From Parcubacteria group bacterium M10-OD1-1 (GTDB taxonomy: Bacteria > Patescibacteriota > Minisyncoccia > Moranbacterales > UBA2206), in NCBI GenBank assembly GCA_003056145.1, contig LSNL01000005.1, positions 20,240 to 84,239 on the forward strand: a stretch of 64,000 nt of DNA, in the 5' to 3' direction. The notes beneath the pieces were generated by a model. It worked only from the letters and a program-made list of their open reading frames with translations, did no database searches and had not been told where the DNA came from. The position numbers and the translations under genes are program-made. Numbering within the stretch: position 1 is the first letter of the stretch; each line of letters starts with the position of its first letter. Positions 59,226 to 64,000 of this stretch are shown piece after piece.

Positions 59226-60439
59226 ATTACTTTATTATTCAATGCATAAATTAGCTGAGCAGTTTTCTTCAGAAAATTATTCCAAGAAAAATATTTTGCT
59301 CTTATTTTTCCACGACGAGAAAGAGTTAATCGCAATTTTGGATTAGTTAAAACATTTTTGATAACCATTGCAATATCATCAGTGCTATCTGGCTCACAAT
59401 ATAAAACACTATCCCCACCTACCTCAGGTAAAGAAGATTTTTTTGAAACAATAGTTGGTGTACCAACATTCATAGCTTCTAAAGCTGGCAGACCAAATCC
59501 TTCATAATAAGAAGGATAAACAAAACAACTAGCCTGAGCAAAAAGAGCTGGTAAATCAGTTTGATTAACAACTCCTAAAAGTTTAACAGATTTAGTTAAA
59601 TTAAGTTGGCGGACTAATTTTTCTGCATCAGTTATCAAGGGAAAGAGTTTGGGCATTAATTTTCCATAAATAACTAATTGGGGCAAAGAAGTAAGGAAAA
59701 ATTCTTTTTTATTTCTTTCTTGTAAGAATTTATACGCATAAATTACTTTTTCTACATTTTTTCTAATCTCATATCCCCCTCCAGCAAAGATATAGCCAGA
59801 CTTCAAATTATATTTTTTCAGAACTTTCTCCCTTTCATTTTTACTGATTTCTCTTTTATATGAATCATCTACATCAATATAACTAGTGCTAATCTTTTCT
59901 CCATTAATTTGAAGTTTTTGGATTAAGTCTTTTTCTGTTCTTTTAGAAATGGCAATAATTTTATCAGATTTTTTTATCGATTTCTCTATGAACTTTTGAT
60001 ATATATGTTTTCTAAAATTATCAAGATAGCTAGGAAAAATTTTTGGAATAAGATCGTGAACCAACATCAAGTGTTGAATTTTTTTACTTCTTATGATAGT
60101 CGCCGATTGATAAAGGCTCAAGAAAAAATCACACCGATCTTTTTTAATATATCGAGGAAGTAAAAATTTTTCCCACAAAACTTTCCTTATTAAATCATCT
60201 CTTTTCCAAAAAGGTAAAAATACTTTCTTTTCGACTATATTGATTGGTAATTTATTCTTTTTGGTAAGGTCTTCTTCTAGATAAATAACAAAGGTTACTT
60301 TTTTATGAGTTATCTTGGATAGCTCTCCCTCTAAAATATCCAGCCTCCTCAAAATATTATTAGTTACTTGACCAATTCCAGTTTGTGGTTTTCTCGAAAA
60401 AGAAGCGTTAATTCCAATTTTAATAGTTTTATTTTCCAT
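59219..60439 (-). CDS. Glycosyltransferase family 4
   Basis: EGFGLPALEAMNVGTPTIVS motif; 7-bp overlap with the downstream Wzy-like gene. Confidence 0.8.
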   Translation of the reverse strand: MENKTIKIGINASFSRKPQTGIGQVTNNILRRLDILEGELSKITHKKVTFVIYLEEDLTKKNKLPINIVEKKVFLPFWKRDDLIRKVLWEKFLLPRYIKKDRCDFFLSLYQSATIIRSKKIQHLMLVHDLIPKIFPSYLDNFRKHIYQKFIEKSIKKSDKIIAISKRTEKDLIQKLQINGEKISTSYIDVDDSYKREISKNEREKVLKKYNLKSGYIFAGGGYEIRKNVEKVIYAYKFLQERNKKEFFLTSLPQLVIYGKLMPKLFPLITDAEKLVRQLNLTKSVKLLGVVNQTDLPALFAQASCFVYPSYYEGFGLPALEAMNVGTPTIVSKKSSLPEVGGDSVLYCEPDSTDDIAMVIKNVLTNPKLRLTLSRRGKIRAKYFSWNNFLKKTAQLIYALNNKVIC

Positions 60440-60566
60440 ATTTATATTCTATCGTATTATTTTATTTGTGTCATCTTTTATTTTTTATATTTGCTATTTA
60501 TTAAATATTCTTTTAAAATTAATCTTGTCCTTATGATTGTACTAATTGTTTTAAAAAATAAAGTTT

Positions 60567-61850
60567 ATGTCTCAAAAAAATACTCAAACTGTTTGTATTG
60601 TCGGATTAGGCTATGTTGGCTTACCTTTAGCTATTAGATGTTCTGAAAAAGGCTATAAAACTTTTGGTTTTGATAATAATCAAAAAAAAATAAAATCTAT
60701 TCAAGCAAATAAAAGCCCCATCAAAGAAGCTTACATTGAAAAAAATTTGTCTCGCTACCCTATCTCTGCCACTACCAATGAAAAAGTTATTGCCACCTCA
60801 AATATTATTATTATTTGTGTTCCTACTCCCGTAGATAAAAACTTTTATCCTGACTTAAGCCCAGTTATTTCAGCAACTAAACTAGTAGCTAAAAATGTTC
60901 AGAAAGGAAGTTTAGTTATCTTGGAATCGACTGTTAATCCTGGCGTGAGTGAAGAAATTATTGCTCCAATTTTTCAAAAAGCTGGATTTGAAATTGGCAA
61001 AGATGTTTTTATTGCTCATTGTCCAGAAAGAATTAATCCAGGCGATTCTAAATGGAATGTAACTAATATTCCCAGAGTAGTAGGAGCCTTTACTGCTGCC
61101 GGGTTAGAAAAAGCTGTCGCTTTTTACAAAAGCATTATTGACGGAAATATTCGTCCAATGAAATCTATTCGGGAAGCCGAAGCAGTGAAAATAGTAGAAA
61201 ATTCTTTTAGAGATATAAATATTGCTTTCGTTAATGAATTAGCTAAATCTTTCGACAAACTAGAAATTGACGTTAAAGATGTAATCTTAGGAGCAGCAAC
61301 AAAACCGTTTGCCTTTATGCCTCATTTTCCTTCTTGTGGTGTTGGTGGTCATTGTATCCCTGTTGATCCTTACTATCTAATAGAAAAAGCCAAGCGATCT
61401 GGCTTTAATCATAAATTTTTACGCACCGCTAGAGAAATAAACAATTCCATGCCTATTTACACAGTTGAGCTTTTAAAAAATGCCCTTAATAAAATTGGTA
61501 AATCTCTCAAAGGAACTTCAGTTGGAATATTGGGCGTAGCCTATAAAGCTAATGTTGATGATGTTCGTGAATCTCCTGCTGTTTCAATTATAGAAGAAAT
61601 TAAAAAATCTGAAGCCCAACTCAATATTTTTGATCCTTATATTCCTAGTCAATCCACTGTTAAAACATTAGAAGAATTACTAACTAAAAGTGAGGTTTTA
61701 ATTTTAGCTACTGACCACAATGAGTTTAAAAATATAGACCCAAAGGATTTTCAAAAACATGATATTAAAATTATTATTGATGGAAAAAATTGCCTAAATA
61801 AAGAGGTTTTAGAAAAATTAGATATTATCTATAAAGGTATCGGTAGATAA
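60567..61850 (+). CDS. Nucleotide-sugar dehydrogenase (UDP-glucose/GDP-mannose dehydrogenase family; WecC/WbpA-like)
   Basis: Rossmann VCIVGLGYVGLPLA, catalytic Cys region FPSCGVGGHCIPVDP. Confidence 0.85.
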   Translation: MSQKNTQTVCIVGLGYVGLPLAIRCSEKGYKTFGFDNNQKKIKSIQANKSPIKEAYIEKNLSRYPISATTNEKVIATSNIIIICVPTPVDKNFYPDLSPVISATKLVAKNVQKGSLVILESTVNPGVSEEIIAPIFQKAGFEIGKDVFIAHCPERINPGDSKWNVTNIPRVVGAFTAAGLEKAVAFYKSIIDGNIRPMKSIREAEAVKIVENSFRDINIAFVNELAKSFDKLEIDVKDVILGAATKPFAFMPHFPSCGVGGHCIPVDPYYLIEKAKRSGFNHKFLRTAREINNSMPIYTVELLKNALNKIGKSLKGTSVGILGVAYKANVDDVRESPAVSIIEEIKKSEAQLNIFDPYIPSQSTVKTLEELLTKSEVLILATDHNEFKNIDPKDFQKHDIKIIIDGKNCLNKEVLEKLDIIYKGIGR

Positions 61851-61947
61851 AATTAAACTTTACTTTGAGCTATAAATAAGATATAATAACTATAAGAATT
61901 TATATCTTATTTTTTTATTCTTAAAATTATTTTTAACTTTCACTAAA

Positions 61948-62178
61948 ATGATTACTCTTATAAAATCTATTATTTGGATAGTTGGAACTTTAGTAATTGC
62001 TTATTATGCCTTAGGAATTTTTGGCTATCAAGTTAACAAACAATATTTTTCCTATAGCAAACAGCAATGTGAAAAAAAATTCAAAGATTGTGGAACTAAA
62101 ATTATTGCTAGAAATAAAAATCTATCAGATTGTAGTTTTCGATGTCTTGATCCGAAATTAATTATTAAAAAGAAATAA
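61948..62178 (+). CDS. Small membrane protein (one TM helix, Cys-containing tail)
   Basis: 76 aa; 1-bp overlap (ATGA-style) with the downstream GT2 gene. Confidence 0.35.
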   Translation: MITLIKSIIWIVGTLVIAYYALGIFGYQVNKQYFSYSKQQCEKKFKDCGTKIIARNKNLSDCSFRCLDPKLIIKKK

Positions 62179-63164
62179 TGAAATTAATAATCAATATTCC
62201 TGCTTATAACGAAGAGTCTATTATTGGAGAAACTATTGTCAATATTAAAAAAAGTTTTACTGATAATTTTTACCAAAAGGAAGAAGGTATTATTATAACT
62301 GAAAAGATAATCCAAGTTATTGATGATGGCTCTACTGACAAAACAGCTGCAGTATCTAAAGAAAATGGAGCTGACATTATTATCTCTTATTATCCTAATC
62401 GACGACTAGCGTACTCCTTTAAACGAGCAGTAGAAAACTCTCTAGCTTTAGGAGCTGATTTAATGGTTAATATTGATGCCGATGGACAATTTAATCCTCA
62501 AGATATTCCTACTCTTTTAAAACCAATCTTAAATAATCAAGCTGACATGGTAATCGCTAATCGTTTCGGAAAGCATAAAGCCACTAATATTCCTTTACTA
62601 AGAAAAGTTCTTAATCAAACAGCATCTTATTTGATTGGATTTTTTCTAGGCCACAAAACTAATGATTTAACTTGTGGTTTTAGAGCTCATAATCGAGAAA
62701 CACTTTTAAGATTTAATTTAACCAATATTCACTTTACCTATACTCAAGAAACAATTATTGATGCTATTGGGAAAAATCTAAAACTTCAATGGGTTTCCGT
62801 CCCAGTAACCTATTTTGATGATCGTAAAGCGAAGATTACTAAATCTATCTTTAAATTTATTAATAATTCTAGCAAGATAATTATTAAAGCCATTAGAGAT
62901 GTTCGCCCACTTAAGTTTTTTGGTTGGCCAGGTCTTTTCCTTTTCTCTATTGGAATAGTTGGTTTTATTATTTTTGCTTTTAATTATTTTCAAAATTTTA
63001 AAATTTCACCTTTCTTACATTATATAATTTTTTCTTCTATTGCCTTACTTCTAGGCATTCAACTAATTATTTTTGCTTTAATTGCTGATATGATTAAGTC
63101 TAATCGCCAATTAACTGAAGAATTTATGTATCAGTGGAAAAAAGATAAATACAATAAAAAATAA
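62178..63164 (+). CDS. Glycosyltransferase family 2, GtrB/ArnC-like polyprenyl-phosphate sugar transferase with two C-terminal TM helices
   Basis: INIPAYNEE, DDGSTDKT, DADGQ motifs and C-terminal TM pair. Confidence 0.8.
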   Translation: MKLIINIPAYNEESIIGETIVNIKKSFTDNFYQKEEGIIITEKIIQVIDDGSTDKTAAVSKENGADIIISYYPNRRLAYSFKRAVENSLALGADLMVNIDADGQFNPQDIPTLLKPILNNQADMVIANRFGKHKATNIPLLRKVLNQTASYLIGFFLGHKTNDLTCGFRAHNRETLLRFNLTNIHFTYTQETIIDAIGKNLKLQWVSVPVTYFDDRKAKITKSIFKFINNSSKIIIKAIRDVRPLKFFGWPGLFLFSIGIVGFIIFAFNYFQNFKISPFLHYIIFSSIALLLGIQLIIFALIADMIKSNRQLTEEFMYQWKKDKYNKK

Positions 63165-63169
63165 ATTAA

Positions 63170-64000
63170 ATGAAATTAAAAATTCTTTTTATTTCTCATT
63201 CCTATCCTCCAATCTTAGGCGGAGTAGAAAATCAGAATTATAATTTAGCTAAGGGACTTTCCCAATTTACCCCGATAAAAATTATAGCCAATGGTCGAGG
63301 AAAATGGTGGTTACCTATTTTTATTCCAATAACTTTTTTTAAAGCTCTCTTTTTAATGACTAACTATGATGCTTGTTTAGTGGGTAATGGTGTTTTGGCT
63401 CCTTTAGCAATGATTTTAAAATTTTTTCATCCTAAAAAAAAGTTTTTTTCTATCGTTCATGGATTAGATATTACTTTCGCCTATAAAAAAAATTGGCTAG
63501 CTAAAATCTATAAATTCATCAATATTCCTTCTCTAAAAAAATTAGATAAGCTTTTTATGGTTGGTAATTTTACTATTGAAGAGGCAGTAAAAATTGGTAT
63601 TCCTCGTGATAACTGTCTTTTTATCCCTAATGGAGTGCCATTAAAAGACCTACGAAAGAACTTTCCCCGATCTGAGTTAGCGCACCTTTTTGGTGAAGAT
63701 ATTACGAATAAAAAAGTACTTTTACGAATTGGACGTTTTGTTCCCCACAAAGGAACAGCTTGGTTTATTAAAAATATTATGACTCGGTTAGATGATAATA
63801 TCGTTATGATTGCTACTGGCTATCGAGTAACTAAACACACAGCTGGCGATCCAGATAACTTTAGTGATTGCAAAAAAATTATTCAAGAAAATCATCTAGA
63901 GAAAAGGGTTAAACTCATGCCAACTATTCCTCAAGAAGATTTAGAAATTTTATTGAATACCGTTGATTTAGTTGTCTCTCCTAATATAAACTATCCTGGC
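63170..64000 (+). CDS. Glycosyltransferase family 4 (partial, 3' end outside window)
   Basis: Open frame from ATG 63170 to the window end (277 codons, no stop), starting MKLKILFISHSYPPILGGVENQ, a typical GT4 N-terminus. Confidence 0.65.
   Translation, partial: MKLKILFISHSYPPILGGVENQNYNLAKGLSQFTPIKIIANGRGKWWLPIFIPITFFKALFLMTNYDACLVGNGVLAPLAMILKFFHPKKKFFSIVHGLDITFAYKKNWLAKIYKFINIPSLKKLDKLFMVGNFTIEEAVKIGIPRDNCLFIPNGVPLKDLRKNFPRSELAHLFGEDITNKKVLLRIGRFVPHKGTAWFIKNIMTRLDDNIVMIATGYRVTKHTAGDPDNFSDCKKIIQENHLEKRVKLMPTIPQEDLEILLNTVDLVVSPNINYPG

Overview
This is a low-GC (roughly 30%), tightly packed bacterial chromosome fragment. Many genes overlap by 4 bp, and an anti-SD CCTCCTT sits at the 16S 3' end. 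Gene content and protein architecture suggest a Candidate Phyla Radiation / Patescibacteria-like or other small-genome organism, but this is inference, not proof. Supporting features are a short Obg without a C-terminal domain, an archaeal-type UMP kinase, DUF2062, PEGA and C39-like peptidase domain proteins, a variant 16S 515F site, and many cell-surface glycosylation genes. The window contains a complete 16S rRNA gene that has its own terminator and no 23S/5S downstream. It also contains an RND efflux pump plus membrane-fusion protein operon, and a GH100 invertase-like plus sucrose-phosphatase-like HAD pair. Housekeeping genes are scattered: rplU, recR, dnaB, dusB, cysS, corA-like, yidD, obg, groES (orphan), fmt, def, priA, gltX, an iscR-iscS-iscU operon, pyrH-like, rpmA, pyrG, rplI and ctp. 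Two large envelope-glycan loci lie at about 13.8–25 kb and 54.2–64 kb, with GT2/GT4/GT26 glycosyltransferases, two Wzy/O-antigen-ligase-like proteins, Wzz-like proteins, LCP and a UDP-sugar dehydrogenase. The most striking anomaly is a compositionally foreign (clearly GC-richer), translationally coupled three-gene cassette at about 15.6–18.6 kb inserted into the first glycan locus. It encodes a lipoprotein, a LysM protein with a Trp/Tyr/Gly-rich β-strand-like domain, and a small secreted protein. I found no CRISPR array, transposase/integrase, tRNA, 23S or 5S in the window. Glimmer-style antisense ORFs in the supplied track that sit inside rRNA or well-supported genes are treated as spurious.
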